From: Pseudomonadota bacterium
Lineage (GTDB): Bacteria; Pseudomonadota; Gammaproteobacteria; Burkholderiales; Burkholderiaceae_C
Direction: 5' to 3'
DNA length: 64,000 bases
NCBI GenBank assembly: GCA_020161145.1
Contig: JAIUPQ010000009.1
Span: 37,781-101,780 of the forward strand
The position numbers and the translations under genes are program-made. Numbering within the stretch: the stretch's first letter is position 1; each line of letters opens with the position of its first letter. Positions 1-11,397 of the stretch are shown piece after piece. Below the pieces are notes generated by a model. The model did not search any database. It was not told the DNA's origin and worked only from the letters and a program-made list of their open reading frames with translations.

Positions 1-125
1 GCCCGCGTGTTCCTCGTGTTGACGGTGGTGCTGGGTACGGGCGTGGCCCTGGCCTGGGCATGGGACCGCTCCGACACGGTCGCTGCCGCCGGCGCGACGC
101 CGCCGGTGGGGACCGCCGAGCAGCC

Positions 126-129
<4 letters not shown>
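1..129 (+). CDS. 3' end of an upstream CDS (partial, hydrophobic C-terminus); product unknown
   Basis: Frame 1 is open from base 1 to TGA at 127-129 ([21 protein letters not shown]...). The stop overlaps the likely GTG start of queA (GTGA). Confidence 0.3.
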
Positions 130-2313
<2,184 letters not shown>

Positions 2314-2473
2314 GCGGCTGTTGGCTGGCCGCAACGTTCAAGGGTTTCCCGTAGGAAATTCTTCCGCAACGCTCGGACACAATCGTCCAGTGCCCTAAGC
2401 GGGCGCCATGGCCGTCACATTCGTTCACAAGTGGTGTGGGGGCTGTTTCGCTGGTTCATCAGTTGGAGAGATC

Positions 2474-4969
2474 ATGTTCAAGAAAACTCAACTCTGCGCC
2501 GCCGTGTTGGCGGCTTTTGCAGGTTCGGTGTACGCGCAGGACGCCCAAACCACCCCGGACGAGGCGCCGGCCGCCAAACCGCAGCGTGTGGAGATCACGG
2601 GCTCGCGCATCAAGCGTGCGGAGACCGAAGGCTCTTTGCCGGTTACGGTGGTGACGCGTGAGCAACTTGACAAGAGCGGTGCGGTCACCGTCGCGGAGTT
2701 CGTTCGTAGCTCCACCTTTTCTTCGTCGGGCAACTTTCGTCCACAGTCGGGTAGTTCGGCCCAAGCATATGCTGGGGTGGACTTGCGTGGCATGGGCTCT
2801 GATCGCACGCTGGTGCTGATCGATGGTCGTCGTGTGGTGAAAGCGCCCAACGTAGGTAGCTCTGTGGATATGAACTCGATCCCGATGGCGGCGGTCGAGC
2901 GAATTGAAGTGCTGACGGACGGCGCTTCAGCTATTTACGGCTCCGATGCCATCGCGGGGGTGATCAACATCATCCTGAAAAAGGATTTTGAGGGCACGTC
3001 GGCGATGGTGGGCTACTCGAACCCGAAGAACGCTGGTGGCGAGCGCGAAGAGATGTCAATCGTGACGGGCATCGTGGGCGATAAAGGCAGCATGCTATTT
3101 GGTGCTTCACGTACGAAGCGCGAGATGGTGTTCACAAGTCAACGGCCGTGGGGTCAAAATCCGGGTGTTTCTGCGTATGGTAACAACTACCTCGACGACG
3201 AAGGCTTGCATGCCGTCCCGGGTGGATGTACCGATCGCAACTATTGGTTGACGCCTGGCGGCACCTGCTCCTACAACTTCAATGCGGTTGCCGCGGATGA
3301 GGCTGCCATTACCAACTCAGCCTTTTTTGCCAAGGGTGAGTATCGTATCGATGAAAATTGGTCCACGTATGTCAGTACAGTTGTAAGTCGAGTTGAGAGC
3401 TTTGGGCGGTATGCGCCCTCGCTGGGTGCGGCTGTCATTCCGGCCGGGAGTCCCAACGATTTTCTCAATAATGGATCGGATATCACGCTCCTTCATCGAT
3501 TTGCTGGGTTGGGAAACCGGGATACCACGTCGGATGGTAATGTGTATGATATTGATGTCGGTGTTCGGGGTCGCCTTTTCGACAAGTATGATGTGACGGC
3601 TGGCCTTCGCAGCAGTCAATCTAAGTATACTGAATTGGGAAGAAACTTCGTCGTTCTTCCTATCGCTTCGCAATATATTGCCGATGGCACATACGACATC
3701 CTTCATCCGACCCAAAACAATCCGGATGTTTTGAGCGCCATGAAGGCGACGATTTCCCGCGATAGCTATTACAAGCAAAATGAGGCCTATGCCAACGTAA
3801 CCCTTGATTTGTTCAGCATGGACGGTGGCATGTCGAGCTTGTACGTGGCAGGTGAGGTCCGCAATGAGCGTTATGCTGACATCTATGACTCGCTGTCGGA
3901 GGCTGGTGTGATCGGCGGATCAGCCGGGAATTCATCAGCAGGCACCCGTAAGGTGGGGGCACTCACTGCGGAATGGTTGCTGCCGGTTGTCAAGGGTTTG
4001 GATGTTGACCTGGCCGCTCGCTTTGAAAAGTATAATGATTATGGCAATGACTTCTCGCCAAAAGCTTCGGTGGTGTATCGTCCTATAAGCGAACTCGCCC
4101 TCCGTGCTTCGGTGGGTACCGGATTCCGCGCGCCGCCGATCAATATCTTGCATCAAAAGACGACTTTCTCTGCCGATTCTGTGATTGATCCGCCGACCTG
4201 TATCGCATTCGGTGGTGATCCGGTTCTATGCCAAACGGATGACGTTCAGGTTGATACGTACTATCAAGCCAATCCGAATCTGAAATCGGAAAAGTCACGT
4301 CAGTTCAGCTTCGGTGCCACCTATGACCCGGTGGAGTGGATGTCTGTTCGTGCAGACTATTGGAACATTCGCCTGAGTGATGCTATTTCTTCGCTTGGCG
4401 CCGCAACACTGGTTGACCGCGAAAGAGGAGTGGATCCGACCCCAATTCCGCCGGGGCTGGGTGTCATTCGGAATGCCAACGGTGTTATCACTCGTGTCAA
4501 TGCCGGTTATGCCAACGAGGGTACAATTAAGAAGTCGGGCATTGACCTCAACATGCTGCTCAATTTTGGGTTAGGTGAGTATGGCAAGCTGCGGAATGAA
4601 TTCCAGCTTTCCTACGTGCTGACCAGCAAGACGAATGATGTTGATGACAATGGTACACTTGGCTCTCCCAAGTATCGGGCCACTTTGAATAATAGCTGGT
4701 CGTGGGGTGATTTTGGTGTTGCGTGGAACATCAACATGATCGCTTCGAACGGCTCCGTGGCGAAGAAGAACTATGTCGGCACCTATGTGACCCATGATGT
4801 GCAAGTTGATTGGGATACTCCTATCAAGGGTGGCAAATTGACATTGGGTGTGGTTAACCTTGGCAATAAGGCGCCCTCATTGGTGCCCTATGACGGGCGC
4901 AACTTCAACTTCTATCTGTATGATTCTTACGGCCGGACGCCATATTTCCGCTATACGCAGAGGTTTTGA
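2474..4969 (+). CDS. TonB-dependent outer-membrane receptor
   Basis: ATG at 2474 follows a GGAGAG RBS. It has a signal peptide (MFKKTQLCAAVLAAFAGSVYA), plug-domain motifs (VEITGSRIKR, LIDGRRV, IERIEVLTDGASAIYGSDAIAGVINII), and a long beta-barrel ending in ...YFRYTQRF with a terminal Phe. G+C is lower than in the flanks. Confidence 0.9.
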   Translation: MFKKTQLCAAVLAAFAGSVYAQDAQTTPDEAPAAKPQRVEITGSRIKRAETEGSLPVTVVTREQLDKSGAVTVAEFVRSSTFSSSGNFRPQSGSSAQAYAGVDLRGMGSDRTLVLIDGRRVVKAPNVGSSVDMNSIPMAAVERIEVLTDGASAIYGSDAIAGVINIILKKDFEGTSAMVGYSNPKNAGGEREEMSIVTGIVGDKGSMLFGASRTKREMVFTSQRPWGQNPGVSAYGNNYLDDEGLHAVPGGCTDRNYWLTPGGTCSYNFNAVAADEAAITNSAFFAKGEYRIDENWSTYVSTVVSRVESFGRYAPSLGAAVIPAGSPNDFLNNGSDITLLHRFAGLGNRDTTSDGNVYDIDVGVRGRLFDKYDVTAGLRSSQSKYTELGRNFVVLPIASQYIADGTYDILHPTQNNPDVLSAMKATISRDSYYKQNEAYANVTLDLFSMDGGMSSLYVAGEVRNERYADIYDSLSEAGVIGGSAGNSSAGTRKVGALTAEWLLPVVKGLDVDLAARFEKYNDYGNDFSPKASVVYRPISELALRASVGTGFRAPPINILHQKTTFSADSVIDPPTCIAFGGDPVLCQTDDVQVDTYYQANPNLKSEKSRQFSFGATYDPVEWMSVRADYWNIRLSDAISSLGAATLVDRERGVDPTPIPPGLGVIRNANGVITRVNAGYANEGTIKKSGIDLNMLLNFGLGEYGKLRNEFQLSYVLTSKTNDVDDNGTLGSPKYRATLNNSWSWGDFGVAWNINMIASNGSVAKKNYVGTYVTHDVQVDWDTPIKGGKLTLGVVNLGNKAPSLVPYDGRNFNFYLYDSYGRTPYFRYTQRF

Positions 4970-4994
4970 TTCGTCCTCCACCGTAAAACAAAAT

Positions 4995-5016
4995 GGGCCC
5001 TTCGGGGCCCTTTTTT
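4995..5016. terminator. Rho-independent terminator between convergent genes (bidirectional-looking)
   Basis: GGGCCC (4995-5000), loop TTCG, GGGCCC (5005-5010), then T6 (5011-5016), preceded by an A-rich run. It lies between the TonB-dependent receptor stop (4969) and the minus-strand methyltransferase stop (5015). Confidence 0.7.
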
Positions 5017-5980
5017 ATGCTGGATATGTGGCGAATATTTGCCAACCCATTAGATGGCCGCGCTCTTGGCAGAAGTCGAACTCGGAGGTTGAGCAACCCA
5101 ATCGACGTAGTTTCCGTATGATTAGATCCAGATCTCTTCTTTCCAGCGCGCACCGTTGCATATCATTTAATCGAGATCTGCTATCAATCAGCCACTGCAT
5201 AAGTTCGCAGGATAATTGATATCCATGCTTGTGACCGTGATAGGAAGTTTCATCGAATATTTTTGTTGTCTGGTTATGCGCATCTATTAAAATATCAGGG
5301 CAACGACTCATTTTGATGCGATTTGCCAAGTCGTGAGTCATGTTGTCATAGATGCGACGAACGAGTTGAAGCGTGGCGTCGCTATGCAGCCGTTGCTGAG
5401 ACTGCGGGTCGCGCAACAGGCTCACGGGCATCAACATGTCGATTGATGCATCCAACCAGCCGCCCTTCTGCATCAACCAATCGATATGAGATATCTCCTC
5501 GATCGCAAGCTGGATTGGCAGTGATTCGGTATGGTGTGACACAAATCGCAATTGTGCATTTGGGCGTGCGATTCGAGCTATCTGGTCAAAAATGGAATCC
5601 AGGTCGCCATACTCGGCACCAAATTGACTAACAATTGCATCAAACCGAGGATCGATCCAGGGCAGTCGCTCAGCCGCCATGCCCGCATGAAAGTGCACGC
5701 GCTCATCTTGCCACCCTGGCTGGATAGCCGCCAGATCGATGGCGTCACAAGTGGCGGTGGGGTGAGCCGTCACCAGCCAGCGCGGCAAGATGCCGTTGCC
5801 GGTGGCGATGTCCAGCACATGGGCATGGGCTGGCAGGGTGGCAAACCAGGTTTGCCAATGGGCGCGCAGCGGCAGGTCACCATCTGCGGGGTCGTGAAAC
5901 GAACCGGCGCCGCCCTGGGCCCAGAGGCGGCTCCAGGCGGCGCGGCGCTCGTCGTCTTCGCTCAGGCGGCTGACAGCCAC
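5015..5980 (-). CDS. class I SAM-dependent methyltransferase with an uncharacterised C-terminal helical domain
   Basis: The N-terminal part carries the SAM-binding motif VLDIATGNGILPRW followed by DAIVSQFGAEY. The roughly 200 C-terminal residues have no motif I recognise. A compositional break lies inside the gene (see findings). Confidence 0.75.
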   Translation of the reverse strand: MAVSRLSEDDERRAAWSRLWAQGGAGSFHDPADGDLPLRAHWQTWFATLPAHAHVLDIATGNGILPRWLVTAHPTATCDAIDLAAIQPGWQDERVHFHAGMAAERLPWIDPRFDAIVSQFGAEYGDLDSIFDQIARIARPNAQLRFVSHHTESLPIQLAIEEISHIDWLMQKGGWLDASIDMLMPVSLLRDPQSQQRLHSDATLQLVRRIYDNMTHDLANRIKMSRCPDILIDAHNQTTKIFDETSYHGHKHGYQLSCELMQWLIDSRSRLNDMQRCALERRDLDLIIRKLRRLGCSTSEFDFCQERGHLMGWQIFATYPA

Positions 5981-6519
5981 ATCGAGGTGTCGAACGCGCT
6001 GCTCATCAGCGGCATGTTGACGCCGAAGTTGGGGTTGAGTCCCGCTTTGGCGCTGGCCTTGCTGATGGGCTTGGTCTGGGCCACTTCAATGGTGTGCTCC
6101 CAGGCGTCGTCCTGGTTGGGGGCGACGGCGAAGGAGTAAAAGCAGCGGAACGCCACGCGGCGCTCGGCCCAGAAGTCGGCGGCTTCGCGGAAGGTGTCCA
6201 GCAACTGCTCACGGAACTCGCGGTCGAACTTGGCGTTGTCGGGAATCAGCTCCAGCACCACGACGAAGCCGGTCTGAGCCCCGCTCTTGTTGACCGAATC
6301 GGTGATGCAGTCATAGAGCGCATCCAGGTTCTTGCCGAAGTGCGCCGGGAACATGAACGACGCGGCGATGGCGTCCAGAACTTCTTGCTTGTTCTGGGCC
6401 TCGGCCAGGTTGGCGTACAGAAAGTGCTGGCCGGCCTCTTGCGCGGCGCGCATCAAATCGTCCACCCGGTAGGCGCGGATGGCCTGCACGATGTTGGGGC
6501 GGATGGTTTGCAGCTGCAT
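5962..6519 (-). CDS. barstar-family ribonuclease inhibitor with a C-terminal extension
   Basis: From the ATG at 6519: MQLQTIRP...NKQEVLDAIAASFMFPAHFGKNLDALYDCITD...VVVLE...FREAADFWAERRVAFRCFYSF matches the barstar pattern. It lies directly downstream of a barnase-type RNase. The ORF-track start at 6639 is judged too long. Confidence 0.75.
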   Translation of the reverse strand: MQLQTIRPNIVQAIRAYRVDDLMRAAQEAGQHFLYANLAEAQNKQEVLDAIAASFMFPAHFGKNLDALYDCITDSVNKSGAQTGFVVVLELIPDNAKFDREFREQLLDTFREAADFWAERRVAFRCFYSFAVAPNQDDAWEHTIEVAQTKPISKASAKAGLNPNFGVNMPLMSSAFDTSMWLSAA

Positions 6520-6563
6520 GATCGCTCGTCCTTCGGTTTTGACTGAATCTCGCACCCGACGCT

Positions 6564-7028
6564 TTACCACGTGATGCGGCTGTAGCTGACGTAGTGGTCG
6601 TCGGTGTAAAAACAATGGTCTGGCTCGCGGGCCTGCCACCCGCCGCAGACGATGCGCCGTGCGCCCCTGTCGCGACTACCGGGCGTCGGCACGGTATATT
6701 CGCGATAGAAGCCACGGGGCATCACCGGCAGCAGCCGCTCGCGGTTGCCAAACACGGTGGCATCCTTCTCATAGGGAAAAGGACCACCGGCACGGATCAG
6801 CCGGGCGGTGCGTTGCGCTTCAGGCGGCAACTGAGCCAGTGCCACCGCCTCATGCGGTGCATCACTGGCCTGCGGCGTTGGCCGCGCGGGTGTACCCTGT
6901 GCAAACGGCGCGAGCTGACTCTGGTGCCGCGGCCCATAGGCCACGATCGCCATCGTCGCGGCCACCACCACGGCAGCCAACCCGCGCCACATGGGGGACA
7001 AACGCTGTCGCGGTGCCTCTGGGCGCAT
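6564..7028 (-). CDS. secreted guanyl-specific ribonuclease (barnase / RNase Sa / N1-T1 family)
   Basis: Hydrophobic N-terminal signal (WRGLAAVVVAATMAIVAYG). The C-terminal domain GGPFPYEKDATVFGNRERLLP...GFYREYTVPTPGSRDRGARRIV...FYTDDHYVSYSRI is typical of microbial RNases. Confidence 0.8.
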   Translation of the reverse strand: MRPEAPRQRLSPMWRGLAAVVVAATMAIVAYGPRHQSQLAPFAQGTPARPTPQASDAPHEAVALAQLPPEAQRTARLIRAGGPFPYEKDATVFGNRERLLPVMPRGFYREYTVPTPGSRDRGARRIVCGGWQAREPDHCFYTDDHYVSYSRITW

Positions 7029-7162
7029 TGCAGGGGAAACCCTTGAACTCCAAGGGCGAGATGGTAGCGAATTGGCGCCAAAACCACAAGCCCCACACCC
7101 CTAGCCCCGCCTGGCGATGGGGCTAGAGGTGAGTGCGCACTCTCGTTTTGAAGCCTGCTTTA

Positions 7163-9457
7163 TCAGCGCCCCGCGTTGGCGTCGGCCACGGTGAGGGCGG
7201 TCATGTTGACGATGCGTCGCACGGTTGCCGACGGGGTCAGGATGTGCACTGGCTGCGCCGCGCCCAGCAGGATGGGGCCAACGGCGATGCCGCCGCCAGC
7301 CGCTGTTTTCAGCAGGTTGTAGCTGATGTTGGCGGCATCCATGCTGGGAAAGACCAACAGGTTGGCCTCGCCCTGCAGGGTGCTGCGCGGCATGATTTCC
7401 TGGCGCAGCCGCGGGTCCAGCGCGACGTCGCCATGCATTTCGCCGTCGATCTCCAGCCACGGCGCGGCGGCCTGCACCAGGGGCAGCACCTCGCGCATGC
7501 GGGCGGCGCCCGGGTGGCGACTGGAGCCGAAGTTGGAATGCGACAGCAGCGCGGCCTTGGGCTGGATGCCCAGGCGGCGCATTTCCTCAGCGGCCAGCAC
7601 AGTGATCTCGGCCAACTGCGCAGGGCTGGGTTCGTGGTTGACGTGGGTGTCGACCAGAAACACCTGCCGCCCCGGCAGGATGAGGCAATTCATGCAGGCA
7701 TAGGTGCCCACACCGCGGCGGCGGCCAATGACGTTGTCCACATACTCCAGGTGGGCGCCGACGAAGCCCCAGGTGCCGCAGATCAGGCCATCCACCTGGC
7801 GGTCGCGCAGCAACATGCAGCCGATCAGCGTCAGGCGCCGCCGCATCTCGATCTTGGCGAACTGCGCGGTCACGCCCTGACGGTCGGTCAGACGGTGGTA
7901 CTCCTGCCAGTACTGGCGGTAGCGCGGGTCGTCGTCGATGTTGACCAACTCCACGTCCTGCCCCGGCGTCAGGCGCAGCCCCAACTGCCGGATGCGGGCC
8001 TCGATGATGCTGGTGCGCCCGATCAGCACGGGCGTGGCCAGGCCTTCGTCAACGGCAATCTGCGCCGCCCGCAGCACGCGCCTGTCTTCCCCTTCGGCGT
8101 AGGCGATGCGCTTGCCCTTGGCCCGCTTGGCCATGGCGTAGATGGGCTTCATCACCGTGCCGGACGCGTAGACGAAGGTCTGCAGCTTGTCGCGGTAGGC
8201 CGCAAGATCCTCAATGGGCCGCTGGGCCACCCCGCTGGCGCGCGCCGCCTCCACCACCGCCGGCGCGATCTGCATCATCAACCGGGGGTCAAACGGCTTG
8301 GGAATCAGGTACTCGGGCCCAAACGAGAGCGTGGCGCCCATGTAGGCGCTGGCCACCACATCGCTTTGCTCGGCGCGTGCCAACTCGGCAATGGCCCGCA
8401 CGGCCGCAATCTCCATCGCATCGGTGATGGTGGTGGCGCCGCAATCCAGGGCGCCTCGAAAGATGTACGGAAAACACAGGACGTTGTTGACCTGATTCGG
8501 GTAGTCGGTGCGGCCGGTGGCGATCACCGCATCGTCCCGCACGGCCTTGACCTCTTCGGGCAGGATTTCGGGCGTGGGGTTGGCCAGCGCAAAAATCAGC
8601 GGCCGCGTCGCCATGGTGGCCACCATGTCGGGTTTGAGCACGCCGCCTGCCGAAAGGCCCAGAAAAATGTCGGCCTCCGCAATCACCTCAGCCAGCGTGC
8701 GTGCGTCGGTGGCCTGTGCGAACTCGGCCTTGTCGGGGTCCATCAACTCGGCGCGGCCCTGGTAGACCACGCCCGCCAGATCGGTCACCCAGATGTTCTG
8801 GCGCGGCAGCCCCAGCTTGACCAGCAGATTCAGGCAGGCCAGCGCCGCCGCGCCCGCCCCCGAGGCCACCAGCTTGACCTCCTCGATGCGCTTGCCCACC
8901 ACCTCCAGGCCGTTGAGCAGCGCCGCGCCCACCACGATGGCCGTCCCGTGCTGGTCGTCGTGGAACACCGGGATCGACAGCCGCTCGCGCAGCTTGCGCT
9001 CAACGTAGAAGCAATCGGGTGCCTTGATGTCTTCAAGGTTGATGCCGCCAAACGTCGGCTCCAGCGCCGCAATGATGTCCACCAGTTTGTCGGGGTCGTG
9101 CTCGCGCACTTCCAGATCGAACACGTCGATGCCGGCGAACTTCTTGAACAACACCCCCTTGCCTTCCATCACCGGCTTGGAGGCCAGCGGCCCGATGTCG
9201 CCCAGGCCCAGCACGGCGGTGCCGTTGGTGACCACGGCCACCAGGTTGCCGCGCGCGGTGTAGCGAAAGGCGTTGGCCGGATCGGCCACGATCTCTTCGC
9301 AGGCCGCTGCCACGCCAGGTGAATAGGCCAGCGCCAGATCGCGCTGGTTGGTCAACTGCTTGGTGGCCGTGACGGCCACCTTGCCCGGCGTCGGAAACTC
9401 GTGGTACTCGAGTGCCGCCTGGCGCAGCTCGGCTTGTTTTTCGGCAGAGGTCAGCAT
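7163..9457 (-). CDS. maeB: NADP-dependent malic enzyme (malic enzyme plus PTA-like domain)
   Basis: 764 aa. [39 protein letters not shown] and ...[11 protein letters not shown] are malic-enzyme motifs, and a phosphate-acetyltransferase-like domain follows. Confidence 0.95.
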   Translation of the reverse strand: MLTSAEKQAELRQAALEYHEFPTPGKVAVTATKQLTNQRDLALAYSPGVAAACEEIVADPANAFRYTARGNLVAVVTNGTAVLGLGDIGPLASKPVMEGKGVLFKKFAGIDVFDLEVREHDPDKLVDIIAALEPTFGGINLEDIKAPDCFYVERKLRERLSIPVFHDDQHGTAIVVGAALLNGLEVVGKRIEEVKLVASGAGAAALACLNLLVKLGLPRQNIWVTDLAGVVYQGRAELMDPDKAEFAQATDARTLAEVIAEADIFLGLSAGGVLKPDMVATMATRPLIFALANPTPEILPEEVKAVRDDAVIATGRTDYPNQVNNVLCFPYIFRGALDCGATTITDAMEIAAVRAIAELARAEQSDVVASAYMGATLSFGPEYLIPKPFDPRLMMQIAPAVVEAARASGVAQRPIEDLAAYRDKLQTFVYASGTVMKPIYAMAKRAKGKRIAYAEGEDRRVLRAAQIAVDEGLATPVLIGRTSIIEARIRQLGLRLTPGQDVELVNIDDDPRYRQYWQEYHRLTDRQGVTAQFAKIEMRRRLTLIGCMLLRDRQVDGLICGTWGFVGAHLEYVDNVIGRRRGVGTYACMNCLILPGRQVFLVDTHVNHEPSPAQLAEITVLAAEEMRRLGIQPKAALLSHSNFGSSRHPGAARMREVLPLVQAAAPWLEIDGEMHGDVALDPRLRQEIMPRSTLQGEANLLVFPSMDAANISYNLLKTAAGGGIAVGPILLGAAQPVHILTPSATVRRIVNMTALTVADANAGR

Positions 9458-9479
9458 GGGCGAATTCTAAAATCGCCGC

Positions 9480-10421
9480 ATGACGCTCGGCGAATTCGAT
9501 CTGATTGCGCGCTACTTTCATCGCCCCACACCGCGTGCCGTGCTGGGCGTGGGCGACGATTGCGCGCTGCTGGCCCCCACGCCGGGCATGGCGCTGGCCG
9601 TCAGCACCGACTTGTTGGTCGAGGGCCGCCACTTCGTCGCCACCCACCCACCCGCGCGGCTGGGCCATAAGGCGCTGGCCGTCAACCTGTCCGATCTGGC
9701 CGCCTGCGGCGCCACGCCGCGCGCCTACCTGCTGGCGCTGGCGCTGCCGTGCGCCGACGCGGCCTTTCTCGCCCCCTTCGCCCAAGGCCTGCACGCGCTG
9801 GCTGACGTCCACGGCATCGAGCTGGTGGGTGGCGACACCACGGCTGGGCCGCTGACCATCGGCATCACCGTGCTGGGTGAGGTGCCCGCCGGGCAGGCGT
9901 TGCGGCGCAGTGGCGCGCGCGCGGGTGACGGCATCTGGGTCAGCGGCACACCGGGCCTGGCCCGGCTGGGGTTGGAAGCGCTGCGCGGCGCCAGCCTGCC
10001 TCCGCACGACAGCGCCGCAGCCCGCCTGGCGCTGGAAGCCCCCGTGCCGCGCGTCGCCCTGGGCCTGGCGCTGCGCGGCCTGGCCAGCGCCGCCATCGAC
10101 CTCTCCGATGGCCTGCTGGGCGACCTGGGCCATGTGCTGAGCGCCTCCGGCGTCGGCGCCGAGGTCGATGCCGACGCCATCCCCCTGCACCCCGCGCTCG
10201 CCGCCCAGCCGCTGGCGCTGCGGCGGCTGTGCCAGCTCTCGGGCGGCGACGACTACGAACTGCTGTTCACCGCCGCACCCGATCGCGCCGCCGCCGTGCA
10301 GGCGCTCGGCGCCGTGGCCCGCATCGGCCGCATCACCGCCACGCCGGGCCTCGTCGTTCGCGACGGCGACGGCACCGAGCTCGACGCCAGCGCCTGGCGC
10401 TCGTTCGAGCATTTCGCATGA
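9480..10421 (+). CDS. thiL: thiamine-monophosphate kinase
   Basis: [13 protein letters not shown]...[11 protein letters not shown]...[11 protein letters not shown]...[17 protein letters not shown] is the ThiL (AIR-synthase-like) pattern. Confidence 0.9.
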   Translation: MTLGEFDLIARYFHRPTPRAVLGVGDDCALLAPTPGMALAVSTDLLVEGRHFVATHPPARLGHKALAVNLSDLAACGATPRAYLLALALPCADAAFLAPFAQGLHALADVHGIELVGGDTTAGPLTIGITVLGEVPAGQALRRSGARAGDGIWVSGTPGLARLGLEALRGASLPPHDSAAARLALEAPVPRVALGLALRGLASAAIDLSDGLLGDLGHVLSASGVGAEVDADAIPLHPALAAQPLALRRLCQLSGGDDYELLFTAAPDRAAAVQALGAVARIGRITATPGLVVRDGDGTELDASAWRSFEHFA

Positions 10422-10927
10422 ACACCCGTCCCACCGCCGCCTGGATGCTGTCCTCGCCGCTGCACGCCATTGCCGTTGGCTTCGGCAGCGGCCTCTCGCC
10501 CTGGGCGCCCGGCACCGTCGGCACGCTCTGGGCCTGGCTCACCTACGGCGTGCTGGCGCCCCGGCTGGGCGACATCGGTTGGGCCTTGCTGCTGACGGCC
10601 AGCCTGCTCATCGGCTGGTGGGCCTGCACTGCTGCCGCGCGCTCGCTGCGCAGCGGCGACCCTGGCGCCATCGTCTGGGACGAAATTCTTGCCTTCTGGC
10701 TGGTGCTGTGGGTCGTCGGCCCCCTGGGCTGGCGCTGGCAGTTGGCCGCCTTCCTGCTCTTTCGGCTCTTCGACACCGTCAAACCCGGCCCCGTGGGCTG
10801 GGCCGACCGGGCCTTCAAGACCCTGCCCGGCCAGGCGCCCGGCTGGCGTGCCGGGATGGGCATTCTGGTGGACGACCTCGTGGCCGCCGGCCTCACCCTG
10901 CTGGTGCTGGCGCTGTGGAAGTTCTAG
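10418..10927 (+). CDS. pgpA: phosphatidylglycerophosphatase A
   Basis: ATG at 10418 overlaps the thiL stop (ATGA). [40 protein letters not shown]...[17 protein letters not shown] is PgpA-like. thiL-pgpA synteny supports the call. Confidence 0.85.
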   Translation: MNTRPTAAWMLSSPLHAIAVGFGSGLSPWAPGTVGTLWAWLTYGVLAPRLGDIGWALLLTASLLIGWWACTAAARSLRSGDPGAIVWDEILAFWLVLWVVGPLGWRWQLAAFLLFRLFDTVKPGPVGWADRAFKTLPGQAPGWRAGMGILVDDLVAAGLTLLVLALWKF

Positions 10928-11397
10928 TCCAGCGCCTGGCCGATGCGCTGCGTGCGCGCCGCTGGCGCCTGGCCACGGCCGAGAGCTGCACCGGCGGCCT
11001 GATCGCCGCCACCTGCACGGAGTTGGCCGGTTCCTCCGAGTGGTTCGAGTTCGGCTTCGTCACCTACAGCAATGCCGCCAAGACGGCGCTGCTGGGCGTG
11101 CCGCCCGACCTGCTGGCCGCCCACGGCGCCGTCAGCGAGCCCGTGGCCCGCGCCATGGCCCAAGGGGCACTGGCCCGCAGCGGCGCCGACGTGGCCGTGG
11201 CCGTCACCGGCATCGCCGGCCCGGGCGGCGGCCTGGTGGGCAAGCCGGTTGGCACCGTCTGGCACGCCCTCGCCTGGCGTGGTGGCTGCCTGGCCGAGCG
11301 GCAGCTGTGGCCAGGCGACCGGGCCGCCGTGCGCAGGGCCAGCGCCGCCTGGGCGCTGCGCGCCGCTACGCAGGCGGCGCAGGCTGAGGCCGCTTGA
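10915..11397 (+). CDS. pncC: CinA-family nicotinamide-nucleotide amidohydrolase (C-terminal-domain type)
   Basis: In-frame GTG at 10915. [44 protein letters not shown]...[12 protein letters not shown] is the CinA/PncC signature. The upstream part of the 10168 ORF is read-through in another gene's space. Confidence 0.85.
   Translation: MEVLVQRLADALRARRWRLATAESCTGGLIAATCTELAGSSEWFEFGFVTYSNAAKTALLGVPPDLLAAHGAVSEPVARAMAQGALARSGADVAVAVTGIAGPGGGLVGKPVGTVWHALAWRGGCLAERQLWPGDRAAVRRASAAWALRAATQAAQAEAA

Noticed and set aside
2340-7030. Calling the lower-G+C block plus the RNase/barstar pair a genomic island or mobile element, or a toxin-antitoxin or defence locus.
   Set aside because: No integrase, transposase, tRNA attachment site or direct repeats are visible. 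A secreted barnase with barstar is a well-known self-immunity pair rather than a TA or defence system. It is reported only as a compositional anomaly.
7133-9322. Very long antisense ORFs opposite real genes. Examples are 7133..9322 + (opposite maeB), 9033..10412 -, 11072..13552 +, 13890..16541 + (opposite fruB), 18754..20871 + (opposite leuS), 40253..42943 + (opposite the molybdoenzyme), 36962..38221 +, 57352..58716 + and 60833..62374 +.
   Set aside because: They have the typical shadow-ORF composition (Arg/Ala/Gly/Pro/His-rich with no motifs) and lie opposite genes with unmistakable family signatures. High-G+C DNA suppresses stop codons on the antisense strand.
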